Below are positions 20,359 through 31,544 of a stretch of DNA of 33,525 nt, one piece after another. The stretch is from Nemertoderma westbladi (taxonomy: Eukaryota > Animalia > Xenacoelomorpha), in the NCBI GenBank assembly GCA_032718475.1, contig JAUCBJ010001548.1, positions 1 through 33,525 on the forward strand, in the 5' to 3' direction. The notes beneath the pieces were generated by a model that was not told where the DNA came from, made no database searches, and saw only the letters and a list, made by a program, of their open reading frames with translations. A program made the position numbers and the translations under genes. Position 1 is the stretch's first letter. Each line of letters starts with the position of its first letter.

Positions 20359-21540
20359 TCAGCGTGGTGAACGATCAGTAGAGGCTGAGAAAGCGAAGGT
20401 AAGTGGCCTGTGATCAGTAAGTATGTGGAACTTTCTACCCTCGACGAAGTGTTGGAAGTGTTTAATGGAGGTGTAGATAGCTAAAAGTTCACGGTCGAAA
20501 GTGCTGTACTTCGACTCAGCAGTGGTAAGCTTCCGGGAAAAAAATGCCAGTGGTTGCCAAACTCCAGAGTTCTGTTGTTCCAGCTGTGCACCAACGGCAA
20601 TGTCGGATGCATCGGTGCTGATCCTTGTATCCCTCGTACGGCTAGGGTGTATGAGAAGGGTGGCGTTTGCAAGTGCTGATTTTGTGGCTTCAAAGGCGGA
20701 CTGACAGTTTGTGGTCCAGATTATATCTTTACCTTTGCCCTTTGTTGCTTCATGGAGTGCTGAAAGGGTGCTGGCAACATGCGGAATAAAGCGGTGATAA
20801 TAATTTATCATTCCAAGGAAACGTTGGAGTGCAAGTTTTGATTCAGGTACTGGGTAGTCGAGGATGGCAGAAACTTTGGTTGGTAGTGGAGTAATGCCTG
20901 TGGCATTGATGTTGTGTCCTAGGTATGTGAGTTCTGCTGAACCGAAAACACACTTACTCCTATTTATTACCATCCCATTGTCGAGAAGGAGGCGGAAAAC
21001 CTGTCTTAAGTGGTCTGCATGTTCCTCAGAGTTTGTACTAGCAACAAGGATGTCGTCTAGGTAAACAAATGTGAAGGGAATGCCGCGTAGGATGCCATCC
21101 ATGAGGCGCTGGAAGGCCTGCGCGGCATTTTTCAGTCCGAATGGCATCCTGAGGAACTCATAACCCGAAGGGTGTTATGATGGCAGTTTTAGCTACATCG
21201 TTGGTATGGACAGGGATGTGATAAAACCCTCGCACCAAGTCGATCTTTGAAAAAATAGTTGTGCCATCAAGACTGGCATTGAAGTCTTGTATGTGAGGGA
21301 GGGGATATCTATCATCCGTTGTGACATCATTTAGTTGGCGGAAGTCCCCACATTGGCGCCAGCCACCACCAGGTTTGGGGGCGATATGGAGGGGAGAGGA
21401 CCAAGGCAAGTTGGATTGGCGAATGATACCGAGTTCCTCCATTTTGGCAAACTCTGTTTTGGCAATTTCCAACTTCTCAGCATCGAGACGCCGAGCTCGA
21501 GAGTGAAGTGGTGGTCCTTGGGTATGGATATGGTGTTCTA
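20359..21540 (-). pseudogene. pol: pol fragment (RT and RNase H) of element 2, broken reading frame, truncated after RNase H
   Basis: MPFGLKNA, YLDD, TDAS, DRELLA and TDHRPL motifs split over ORFs 21158-21472 and 20359-21147. Confidence 0.92.
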
Positions 21541-21742
21541 TATGACGTACCGGCCAATACAGTATAGCAGTACTGCGGTAGCACGGCTGTAAAACACTAT
21601 TCTGCTGTCAGCTCAATTATATCTAATATCTATATATATATACCGGTAGGTACTGTCAAGCAACACTTAGATCCTACTCGATAATAAAGTAATACAGTAT
21701 ATCCATCATATATGATATCCCTTCACCAGGACGCACTATATA
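21541..21742 (-). repeat. 3' LTR of element 3
   Basis: Identical by eye to 25955-26156. Confidence 0.95.
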
Positions 21743-21807
21743 TCTCCCCATAACAGAAGTGGAACATAAGGTTTTATTAGGGAGGATAAAAATGGACTTT
21801 CGTTCCC

Positions 21808-24800
21808 CTACGTGTAGTGGATAGTGTTATATGGTTGCTCCTTGTCAGTTTTACTTTCAGTTTCTCTTTGGGCAATAGGTAAATGCTGTTTAACTGTCTT
21901 TGGGGATGATTTTGCTAGGTTATCGCTGTTTTGCTTGGGTTTCCACGCCGTATCAGTTACTATGTAAGGTTTAAGTCGATCGATGGAGACATTTTGGTCA
22001 CCACTTGGGGTTAATAGTTTGAAATATTTCTCGCACCGCTCGATGACCTCGAATGGTCCTTGGTAGGGAGCTTGGAGGGCTTTTCTCGCGCGGTCGATTC
22101 TTACAAAGACTTTCTCACATTTTTCTAAGGTCTTTGGGAAGTATGAACGTTGATTTTTATTCAGTGTACCATCTGTAGATTGCACAATAAACCCTAACTC
22201 GGTGATGTGGTTGTGTAATTTGTTGACATAATCTAAATTAAAGTTCATATCAGTAGGGGCCACCAAACAAGCAGGTAGTAATGCTTTTGAGCCAGTCACC
22301 AGTTCAAATGGTGAGATTCCGGTTACATGGGATTGTGTAATGCGGTAACTGAATAAAACGATTGGTAGGGATTCTAACCAGTCTTGTTTACGAGCTTTTA
22401 GGGCAGCTTTCAAAGTTCGGTGGAAACGTTCAACTTTCCCGTTTGCTTGAGGATGGTATGCTGTCATTCTTAACCGATGGAAACCTATTAATTTGGAGAG
22501 GTCGGACATCAACTCAGACTCAAACTGGCCGCCGCGGTCTGTGGTGATGTATAGAGGAACACCGAATCTGCAGAACCATGTTTCAACAAAGGCTGTGGCT
22601 GTTGCAGCTGCGGTAATATATATAACCGGAGTGGCTTCAGCCCATCCTGTATGTCTGTCTATAAACGTTACTACATATGGGTATGGATGATTATCTGTAG
22701 GTAGTGGACCTACAATGTCGGAATGTATGTGTGAAAACCGTGGGGCTAGAGGGAATGGTTTCAATGGGGCTTTTATATGTTGGGTTATCTTTGATTGCTG
22801 GCATGGGATACAGCTACGACACCAGCTTGTTATATCTCTCCTCGCATTGTTCCATATGAATCGGTCTGTGATCAGACGGATAGTGGTTTTAATGCCTGGA
22901 TGTGCTAAGTTATGAATCTCATAGAAAACCTCCTTCTTAAATGATTCTGGAATAATTGGCCGGGGATATGTAGTTGAAATATCACATATTACATCCCTCC
23001 CGCATGCAGTTTTAAATATCTTAATATCAAATGGGTGTTTATCTGACAGAAGATCTGTGTCTTCCTTCTGGGCATTTGCAATGTCATCTAAACCAAATGG
23101 GTCAATGTATGTTGAGTTCACATGTCGAGAGAGTGTATCCGCGACTATATTAGAATTTCCTGGGATATATTCTACTTTATCAATAAATTCAGCCAATAAG
23201 GACAGTTGACGGTTTTGGCGTGGGGATAGACTCTCGGGTTTATTGAATGCGCCGATTATTGGTTTGTGGTCTGTATATAAAATAACGTTTCTTCCCTCTA
23301 ACAAGGATCGGAAATGGACAGTACTGTCGTATGCAGCTAAGAGTTCACGCTCATAGGTTGATAATAGAGATTCTTTAGGAGTGAGCCTACGCGAGAAGAA
23401 ACTAAGAGGAACTGAATCTTCTGTGGATCGTATTTCGTGAACGGCTCCACCAATAGCAAACTTTGAAGCATCAGTTGTTAGTGATAATGGACAATCGCCC
23501 TTGGAAGGGTGGTGTAATAAAACAGCATTGGCCAAAGCAGTTTTAAGTTTATCGTAGGCCGCTGAATGTTCTGGGAGCCACTCATTAGCTTTAAAATCGC
23601 ATTGTTGTTTTTTACGTTTATTAGGTTGTGTAGATGTTAATAAAGTTTGTAAAGGGTGACTAATTTCACTAAATGCTGGGATAAATCTACGGTAGAAATT
23701 GAACATCCCAATAACCCTGCGTAAGTCATTGTAACTACGAGGTTCTGGAATTGAGTTCAATGCAGTGACTCTTTCAGGGGGAGGTAAAATACCATCTGCA
23801 AACACCCGAAATCCAAGAAATGTAATTTCAGTTTTGCACCATTCGCACTTGGTAAAGTTTATTTTTAAGTTGTTGTTATGCAGTCTTTCAAATATGAGTC
23901 GCAAATGTTTATAATGAGTGTCTTTATCAGTACTGTGTACTAGAATATCGTCCATGTATAGAATAACAAATGATAAATCACCTAGAGATTCATTCATTTT
24001 GCGTTGGAATGTTTGCCCAGCATTACACAGGCCATAGGGCATCCTAGTAAATTCAAATAGACCGAATGGTGTTGTAACTGCTGTCTTAGGAACATCTTCC
24101 TCTGACATTGCAATTTGGTTGTAGGCCCTGACTAAGTCTATTCGGCTGAAAATTCTAGAACCTTGTAACTGTGAAGTGAAGTGCTGAATGTGAGGTAATG
24201 GGTATCTATCAGGTTTAGTTATTCTGTTTAGTGCTCTATAGTCGCCACACGGACGCCATTGGTCTTTTTTATTTGCTTTAGGGGCCATATGAAGAGGCGA
24301 GGCCCAGGGACTTTTGGAAGGGCGAATAATTCCCCGTTCCTGTAAGTCTGTAAAAACTTGTTTTGCAGCTGCTAATTTCTGTCCATTTAGCTGCCGTGGT
24401 TTGGCTGCAATTGGTGGGCTATCTCCTGTTATTATTCGATGAGTAGTATTTGATGCAGGATTACTGGAGAATGCTGAATCTTGGTCAAATAAGTCAGCAA
24501 AATCTTTCAATAGTGTATCTATATTTCCATCTGAGTGACTTAATTCAACTTTGTATACCGATTGTGTCTCGGATGCCTCGACAAAAGATACTGTACTCCG
24601 TATTTTTGTAGTTCCATCTATTATTTCACGGTTTTTACAGTCTAAAAGCATATCATAATTAGAAAGAAAATCAATTCCAATAATATTATCCCTCACATCC
24701 GCTACAAAAAATTTCCAAGGAAATTTGCGTCTTAATATTGATAGTTGTAGGTTTACTTTACCGTATACTGTTATAGGGGTACCGCTAGCAGCGCACAGTT

Positions 24801-24993
24801 GTACTGGTGTTGATTCCCATATAAACTGTTTAACAGGTTCGGGTCGTAATATACAAACTTGAGATCCTGTATCTATTAAAAATGGTAGTTTGTGTTCTAT
24901 TTCGCATACTGAGTTAGAGATTGCTGCGGTAGTTTTAAATATGGCAGCGCCCTCAGCGCTCGCAGCCGCTGCACTGAGGGCTGCTAGTTTTCC
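21808..24993 (-). CDS. pol: Pol polyprotein of element 3
   Basis: The frame stays open upstream of the track start (24696) and includes the protease FLIDTGS. It then has YMDD RT, TTDAS RNase H, HHCC/DDE integrase and YQGPF. There is no ATG before the protease, so it is frameshift-dependent. Confidence 0.95.
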   Translation of the reverse strand, partial: GKLAALSAAAASAEGAAIFKTTAAISNSVCEIEHKLPFLIDTGSQVCILRPEPVKQFIWESTPVQLCAASGTPITVYGKVNLQLSILRRKFPWKFFVADVRDNIIGIDFLSNYDMLLDCKNREIIDGTTKIRSTVSFVEASETQSVYKVELSHSDGNIDTLLKDFADLFDQDSAFSSNPASNTTHRIITGDSPPIAAKPRQLNGQKLAAAKQVFTDLQERGIIRPSKSPWASPLHMAPKANKKDQWRPCGDYRALNRITKPDRYPLPHIQHFTSQLQGSRIFSRIDLVRAYNQIAMSEEDVPKTAVTTPFGLFEFTRMPYGLCNAGQTFQRKMNESLGDLSFVILYMDDILVHSTDKDTHYKHLRLIFERLHNNNLKINFTKCEWCKTEITFLGFRVFADGILPPPERVTALNSIPEPRSYNDLRRVIGMFNFYRRFIPAFSEISHPLQTLLTSTQPNKRKKQQCDFKANEWLPEHSAAYDKLKTALANAVLLHHPSKGDCPLSLTTDASKFAIGGAVHEIRSTEDSVPLSFFSRRLTPKESLLSTYERELLAAYDSTVHFRSLLEGRNVILYTDHKPIIGAFNKPESLSPRQNRQLSLLAEFIDKVEYIPGNSNIVADTLSRHVNSTYIDPFGLDDIANAQKEDTDLLSDKHPFDIKIFKTACGRDVICDISTTYPRPIIPESFKKEVFYEIHNLAHPGIKTTIRLITDRFIWNNARRDITSWCRSCIPCQQSKITQHIKAPLKPFPLAPRFSHIHSDIVGPLPTDNHPYPYVVTFIDRHTGWAEATPVIYITAAATATAFVETWFCRFGVPLYITTDRGGQFESELMSDLSKLIGFHRLRMTAYHPQANGKVERFHRTLKAALKARKQDWLESLPIVLFSYRITQSHVTGISPFELVTGSKALLPACLVAPTDMNFNLDYVNKLHNHITELGFIVQSTDGTLNKNQRSYFPKTLEKCEKVFVRIDRARKALQAPYQGPFEVIERCEKYFKLLTPSGDQNVSIDRLKPYIVTDTAWKPKQNSDNLAKSSPKTVKQHLPIAQRETESKTDKEQPYNTIHYT

Positions 24994-25868
24994 GGTCGAC
25001 TCGGTGAGTTTGGTCGCGATTGTGGGCGGGATGACGGGTCTATAGTTGTGGGTTTCTTACCCGGCCAACGACACCATGGTTTACAACGTTTAGCCCGTTC
25101 CCCATAGTATATGTGAAATCTACAAACCTTAGGTTTTTGGCCCTCTGAGAATGGATAAATCGTACCAGAAACGCCCACAGCTCCGGCATGGTTGTGGTTA
25201 CTCGACCGTGAGTTGTATGGTTGTTGATTTTGGGTGGGTGGTGGTCGATAAACAGCAGTAGCTCCGAGGGTAGGGAGTGGTGTTTGGACGTTCTGTTGGT
25301 TTGTGAATTGCAGGATGGTGTCTGCAAGTTTAGCGAAGTCCTCTGGAGGAAGATTCATATGACCGAGTAATGTTGAACGAGCTGATGAAGGAAGAGCTTG
25401 TAACAGTTTATGTCTTACAACATCATCGTCCGCGGTAAGTTGACATTCTGCCATCTTGCGTTTAATTCTCATGTAGACTAGCGAGGGTTTTTGCCCTTCC
25501 ATGGATACTTGGCCAAGCGCTTCTTCTAACAACTCTGACTTAGTTTTCTGATATAATTGTAGGATGATTGATTTAATTTCGCTGTAAGATGTAACTTCCG
25601 GTGTTATATTTAGAGCTACGTCTTCCGGAAGGTTGGCCATAACGTGGTGAAATTGGGTTTGCTCGTTCGTTACTCCTGCCAGGACAAAGTGCGATTCAAT
25701 CGTACGGAACCAAATCGTCGGATTTGACCGATAGAACACGGGTGGCTTTACTGCCACACGTGACACGTCCAAGAGTGCAGACATGCTGCCGCCGCCGCTA
25801 TTATTTTGATTACTGGAGTCTTGAAACGGTGGTGGTTTGATCGTATTCGTATCGCTTCCGGTAGCCAT
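24984..25868 (-). CDS. gag: Gag of element 3
   Basis: VAVKPPVFY...WFRTIESHF motif and CRFH-x9-C-x3-C CHCC knuckle. Confidence 0.93.
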   Translation of the reverse strand: MATGSDTNTIKPPPFQDSSNQNNSGGGSMSALLDVSRVAVKPPVFYRSNPTIWFRTIESHFVLAGVTNEQTQFHHVMANLPEDVALNITPEVTSYSEIKSIILQLYQKTKSELLEEALGQVSMEGQKPSLVYMRIKRKMAECQLTADDDVVRHKLLQALPSSARSTLLGHMNLPPEDFAKLADTILQFTNQQNVQTPLPTLGATAVYRPPPTQNQQPYNSRSSNHNHAGAVGVSGTIYPFSEGQKPKVCRFHIYYGERAKRCKPWCRWPGKKPTTIDPSSRPQSRPNSPSRPEN

Positions 25869-25954
25869 GTTATAATTTACAGAATTTATTTCAGTACATT
25901 AATGTATTTATTAATTAAAAATGGTCAGAATAATTCAATTGTCCGGGTCACCAA

Positions 25955-26156
25955 TATGACGTACCGGCCAATACAGTATAGCAGTACTGCGGTAGCACGG
26001 CTGTAAAACACTATTCTGCTGTCAGCTCAATTATATCTAATATCTATATATATATACCGGTAGGTACTGTCAAGCAACACTTAGATCCTACTCGATAATA
26101 AAGTAATACAGTATATCCATCATATATGATATCCCTTCACCAGGACGCACTATATA
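25955..26156 (-). repeat. 5' LTR of element 3
   Basis: Direct repeat of 21541-21742, 1 nt from the PBS TGGTGACCCGGAC. Confidence 0.95.
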
Positions 26157-26161
26157 TTCTA

Positions 26162-27422
26162 CACCATGTTTGTTTGTCGCGTCTGCGTAGAAGCATGGTA
26201 CCAAAAGTTCAGGGACTCATCAATGATCTTGTCGAAGGGATTACCAGAGACGGAGTGGATGTCTGAGATAGATGGCTGTATGTGGGATTCCTTGGAAAGG
26301 GGTCGTTGTCAGCAGTTTCAAGTCGAGGAGGCGACGCCCAGTCATGTCGATTGCCAAGTGGTTGTCCGCAAAGAAATCTGCACCGAGGATAGGTTGTGAA
26401 ACTTCAGCAAGGCGAAACTTGTGGATGAAGGATCGACGACCGAGTAGGAGAGGGATGTCCCGTGAACCCCAGGTGTGGATGATGGTTGAGTTTGCAGCTT
26501 CAAGTGGATCTGTGCATGCGTTGTACCGCTTTTCATATGCAGATGCAGGGTAAACTGAGTAATCTGCACCACAGTCTACGAGGTAGTGGCGACCAGAGCG
26601 GCGGTCACAAACCGTCATCGTGTTTCTTTTCGTCGTTGGAGGGTGGCCGACCGTAGAGACGCCTAGCAGTCGGCCTTGGAGTTTCCCGGGGCTTTGAGGT
26701 AGTCAATGTTTGTACTAGTTTGCGTAGTGGGCAATCCCCTTGTTTACAGTTCCGTGCTTTCTCTCCAAATTTTACGTGGTAGAAACAAAGGCTGTGTGTA
26801 GTGGTCGTTAGGTGAGGTGGGGCGAAATGGGCAGCATTGATGCTGGATGGACCGAGTTCGAGACATCCAGCCTCGATAATGTGGTCTGCCTCTGTTGCTA
26901 GTTTTTCGAGGTCTGTAGTTCCATATCCAGCAAGGATGCGACACACTTCAGTAGGAATTTGGGCCATGAATAGAGCGCGAAAAATTGTCTCAGGGTCACT
27001 GTTCAGGGAACGCATGTGTCGTAGCAGACCCGATGGTGTTCGGTCTCCAAGGCCAGAAAATGACAGCAGTGCGTTGTCTCTCGCTGCTTGCGTTGTTCCA
27101 AATGCTTTTATCAGGGCAATCTTGAGAGCCTCATAGCGTTCATTAGCGGGAGGATCGAGGATGAGGGCACGAACTTCTTTTGCGGTTGCATTATCAAGGG
27201 AAGCTACTAAATAGTTGAACTTGGTCTTGTCAGCAGTGATCGGTGGAGTAAGTGTCTCAAATTGCGCCTCCACTCGAGTGAACCAGATTTCTGGATCAGA
27301 GGTCCAAAAAGTAGGTAGTTTGACTGACACAGATGTGATTGTTGGAGTGGATCGGTGACGGGTTGTGCCTGTGCTAAGCAGTTGAGGGCCTCGGCGATGA
27401 GCAGAATGTCGTTGGGATCCAT
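26162..27422 (-). pseudogene. gag: gag and protease region of element 2, frameshifted
   Basis: ATG at 27422 is out of frame with VSVKLPTFW...WFTRVEAQF. CFYH-x9-C-x4-C knuckle. Protease site reads YLVDCGA. Confidence 0.88.
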
Positions 27423-27482
27423 CTGTTGCTTCCCAGTGTGCAGGGTGTGTCAGCGAGTAAAGTTCTTGATCGTCCGGGTAAT

Positions 27483-28437
27483 AATTTTTGGAAAGAGGAG
27501 AAGACCACCCAGGCAATATAGCACTTACGGGGGCCCGAAAATTGAAATTATCGGTCAAAGTGGCAAAAATCTTGAAAATCAATATCCATTAATCGAACTG
27601 AAAAAATATTTGGGGTTGGCGAATCTACTAGAGATTGAGGTAATGAGTTCCATACAGGCACCACCCTATTAGAAAAAAAGTATTTTGAGATTAAAAGACG
27701 TGAATGGGAAACAAGTAATTTGTGAGAATGACCCCTAAGCCCAGGTCTACCTGTATAAGAAAAATATTTATCAAAACACAAATCAACTAAATTTCTCTCA
27801 ATTTTATACACCATCTTTAAATCAAAAATTATGCGCCTAACTTCCAATGGTTTTAACTTAAGAAACTGCAGTCGATCTACGTAGGTCATATATGGTAGTT
27901 TGCAACGGGCAAACAATCTGCGGGTGAAGTACTTTTGGACACGTTCGACCAAATCAATTGTACATTTATGATGAGGAGACCAAATGTAAGTACAATATTC
28001 CACTAAAGGACGAATATATGCTTTGTAAGCCGTAATAAGGGCAGATCGATTTGCAGTACGGAAGCACCGAAATATCATATTGGTTATTTTATTTGCTTTG
28101 GCGGCTTGCTCCCTACAGTACACATTAAATTTCAAGTCAGGGCACATAATCATTCCTAGATCCTTGCCATCCATGCATTCCAATTTTAAACCACTTAAAA
28201 AGTAAGGGTTTTCAGGGTTATTTAGTCCTAAGTAAAGCACTTGACACTTATGACTAGCTACGTTAAGTTGCCATGTATTAGACCAGGACGACAAAGCACC
28301 CAAAGAATCACATAAATTAATATAATTAGAAGACGGTGCATAAATCTTTACATCATCAGCGTATAATTTACAGCACACACCATTAATTCCAATTAAATCA
28401 GGTAAGTCGTTTATAAAAATCACGAATAAACTGGGTC
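27483..28437 (-). mobile_element. 5'-truncated CR1-group LINE (C-terminal ORF2 reverse transcriptase, 27548-28423, plus short 3' UTR)
   Basis: FINDLP, LYADDVK, KCQVL, YIRPLVEYC..IWSP, ERVQ, RGHSHKL and FFSNRVVPVWNSLP are typical CR1 ORF2 motifs. Confidence 0.92.
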
Positions 28438-28756
28438 ACCAGTTTAGCGTGAGCTAAATTATGTTCTAATACTTTGTTGTTTATTGTATATGGTGTACAA
28501 TTAGTATATTCAAATGTCAAGTCGTAATTATAAATATACGCTAATGTACAGAGATTCCAGAGAACTGGTTTATTGTGTAACCAACGTGACTTATTACACA
28601 CAATGTCACTATTACAGTATATAGTATCTAATTGTTCTTGTTGTTATGTTGCTAAGCAACATTCTTAGTTATTCTTTGTTCTGTTATCCTGGCTCGTTCC
28701 AGGGTTGCCACAGGGGTTCTGGTTTCGATGAAATATATACGAGTTGCACCAAGCGT

Positions 28757-29822
28757 ATCAAACTTGTATTTTTCGGTGCTGTGTTCAATTTTTGGTGCTA
28801 GCACGAATTTTTGAAAATCCATTCAATGGATAAAATAGCTTGTGACAATTTATTTCTTGCGTTTTGGAGGTTTATGGCTGTTCTGAATTCAATGGAATAT
28901 ATAATTATCGAACTAGACATCTCAAACTTGTATTTTTCGGAAGTGGGTGCAAAATGTGGTGCTAGCACCAAATTTTGAAAATCAATAAATATATCAATTG
29001 ATTGTGTCACCTTGTTTCTTGCGTTATACGGGTTTGTGAGGGTTCTGAATTCAATGGAATCAGTAAAAATTTCATAAGAGTTTTCAAACTTGTATTTTTC
29101 GCCGGTGGGTGAAAATTGTTGTGCCAGCACCAAATTTTGGAAAATAAGCAAATTTATCAGTAGATAATTCACCTTGTTTCTTGCGTTATACGGGTTTATG
29201 AGGGTCTTGAATCCGATGGAATCAATAAAAACAGCACTGGACATCGCAAACTTGTACTTTTTGGTGATGGGTACGAAATTTGGTGCTAGCACCAAAATTT
29301 GCCAAATTACGCCGAAAAATACAAGTATCAATGATCTGGCATATTGGAAATGTATTCCATCAGAATCAGCGCCCTGGAAAACCTATAAATGTGAATTTAT
29401 AGCATCGTATAAGTGAATTAAAAATTTTGTGTTCTAACTGAAAAGTGCTGGTTACTTGTTTTTTTTCATTTTTTTCCTACGAAGCGAGGACTAAACAGCC
29501 ATTTATAGTAATCATATCATTTTTAAATATTTTACAATGTATTTTGCGCCCCAGAAAACCTGTATTGAAAAACAATTAGCCGAAAAATGTAACTTTCAAA
29601 TTTTGTGAAAATTGTGCACTACTTGTAATTTTGGTGCTGCAATATAACCACCGCAGTAAATTTTTTCGAAATTTTTTTTTTCGGTCGGATCCAGACTACT
29701 GATACCTACGTACAAACAAAAAATCAGACATTTTCGTAAAAATTTGTAGATTTTAGAGGGGGGGGGGGGGGGGGGGGGGGTCAATATGACCCCCTCCCGG
29801 TATTTGTACAGCATTTTATAGC
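28757..29822. repeat. Interspersed repeat with four ~162-bp subrepeats, ending in a G-run/GGGGTCAATATGACCCC hairpin
   Basis: AAACTTGTA unit starts near 28760, 28924, 29087 and 29248. Second copy at 12326-13010. Confidence 0.85.
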
Positions 29823-30760
29823 CCGGTGTCACAAGGAAATCAGCCCCCCCTATAATATGCCCCCCGGGGCATTATTTCCTAGGATATTATGTCCCCCCGG
29901 GCAATTTTTCCTAGGAAATTTAGCCCGGGGGGGCATTTTCTCCTTAGGAAATAATGCCTCCCCTCAGGAAAATTAGCCCCCCTCAAAAGTCTGAAAACTG
30001 GTACGATACCGGTCCAGCGGTCTGCTGGTAGCCACTTTTAATCTACCAACTGCAGAACTTGTAATAGTTGGAAGAATAGTACGGTACCGGTCTGCCAGTA
30101 GGTAAGCAGGTAAGGCAGTAAGGGATGTAGAACAGCATACTGAAGTATCTAAGTCAGTAGGCTACTGTAGTAAAGTAAGTACTGGTATAACAGCAGTGCG
30201 AGTGTGTGGTGTTGTGTGGGCGCCGAGCAGCTCCAAGCTTTTTTAAGTCTGTAACCTGCTCCTTTCCCTGATTTGGTAAAGTGATTGTTTATTGTTTTGG
30301 TTAGAAAATCCCGCCTCTGTAACCTGCTCCTTTCTCTCAATTGGTAATGTTATCGTTTATTGTTTTGGTTAGAAAATCCCGTCTCTGTAACCTGCTCCTT
30401 TCCCTGATTTGCTAAAGTGACTGTTTATTGTTTTGGTTAGAAAATCCCGCCTCTGTAACCTGCTCCTTTCCCTCAATTAGATAAATGATCGTTTATTGTT
30501 TTGGTTAGAAAGGCCTGCCTCTGTAACCTGCTCCTTTCCTTCATTTGGTAAACTGGTAAAGTGACTGTTTATTGTTTTGTATTATTTTTGTAAGTTTTAG
30601 TAGTAATAAGTTTTGTTTATTGTATAATTCAGGGGGGGCATAATTTCCTAAGGGGGGGCATGTTTTCCTAGGGAAATTTGCCCGGGGGGGCATTTTTTCC
30701 TAGGAAAATATGCCCCCCCGGGCACATTTCCCGGGGGGGCATATTTTCCTGTTACACCGG
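29823..30760. mobile_element. Non-autonomous DNA transposon with TIRs and G/C-run subterminal repeats
   Basis: Imperfect TIR CCGGTGTCACAAGGAAA... / ...TTTTCCTGTTACACCGG, with repeated GGGGGGGCA..TTTCCTAGG modules at both ends. TSD not clear. Confidence 0.75.
30248..30579. repeat. 68-bp tandem repeat, about 5 copies
   Basis: TCTGTAACCTGCTCCTTT starts at 30248, 30316, 30384, 30452 and 30520. Confidence 0.93.
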
Positions 30761-31544
30761 TACTACTGTAATAGGTGATAGGGTTAAGTTAACCTTATAC
30801 TGGGCTCCCTGATAAAGGTAAGTGTGGAGATTACTATAAACTATAGAGGGAAATTTAAAATGTTGTACTGGACTAATAGTTTGCGTTTTAGACTTTCTGT
30901 CAGTAAAAACTGCTGTAATGCATTAGGCTAGGTATTGTACAGTTGTAACAACATACTGAACTGCTGTGTAGTACCGGTAGGCTAGGAAGCCTACTTAGCG
31001 TAACACACTACATTGCTGTATTGTACTACATTACACTTAGTAATGTAGACTTAGTAATTACCGTTGCTTTATACATAAAAACTGCTTTTGTAATAATAAA
31101 GTCTACTGATCGATGGTTTACTGTATTGCAAGAAGGGAAAGCTACAGCAGGTGGCTAAAGTATTTATTACGGAGACTCTATCTGACTACGTTGTGCGTGT
31201 TAATGATGGAGATGGTTGGTCTGATACAGTGAATGTACGCAAACTATCGAGGGGACCCCAACAACAATATAATCCAATAGGAGAGGAAACTGAAAGTAAT
31301 ATTTTGGGTGGGTCTAACAGCATTTCTGGAAATGAATTTGACCAAGAAGAAATGTCTATTGTGGAAGATAGGTCAGAGGAAATTCATAACTTTCAAAATA
31401 ACCTTCTTGGAGAGGTGGATTCAGATTTGAATAACACCCAGGACCAAATCCAGGACATATCACCAGTAGTGGTTGGGATGTCGTCTCCATACTACCCGCA
31501 AAGGGACAATCTATAAACATTTCAAAACTTAGACGGTACATGCC

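Larger units (their letters stand above)
21541..26156 (-). mobile_element. Full-length CsRn1-like Gypsy element 3, nested insertion
   Basis: 202-bp LTRs at 21541-21742 and 25955-26156, TTCTA TSD (21536-21540 and 26157-26161), PBS at 25941-25953, PPT at 21743-21750, open gag and pol. Confidence 0.96.
20359..27479 (-). mobile_element. Decayed CsRn1-like Gypsy element 2 (no LTRs, no integrase), interrupted by element 3
   Basis: Partial PBS at 27471-27479, frameshifted gag, protease, RT and RNase H pieces. The peptide [10 protein letters not shown] is restored when 21541-26161 is removed. Confidence 0.9.

Noticed and set aside
27423-27582. N-terminal extension of gag in the ORF track
   Set aside because: It is a chance read-through across the CR1 tail and the retrotransposon leader.
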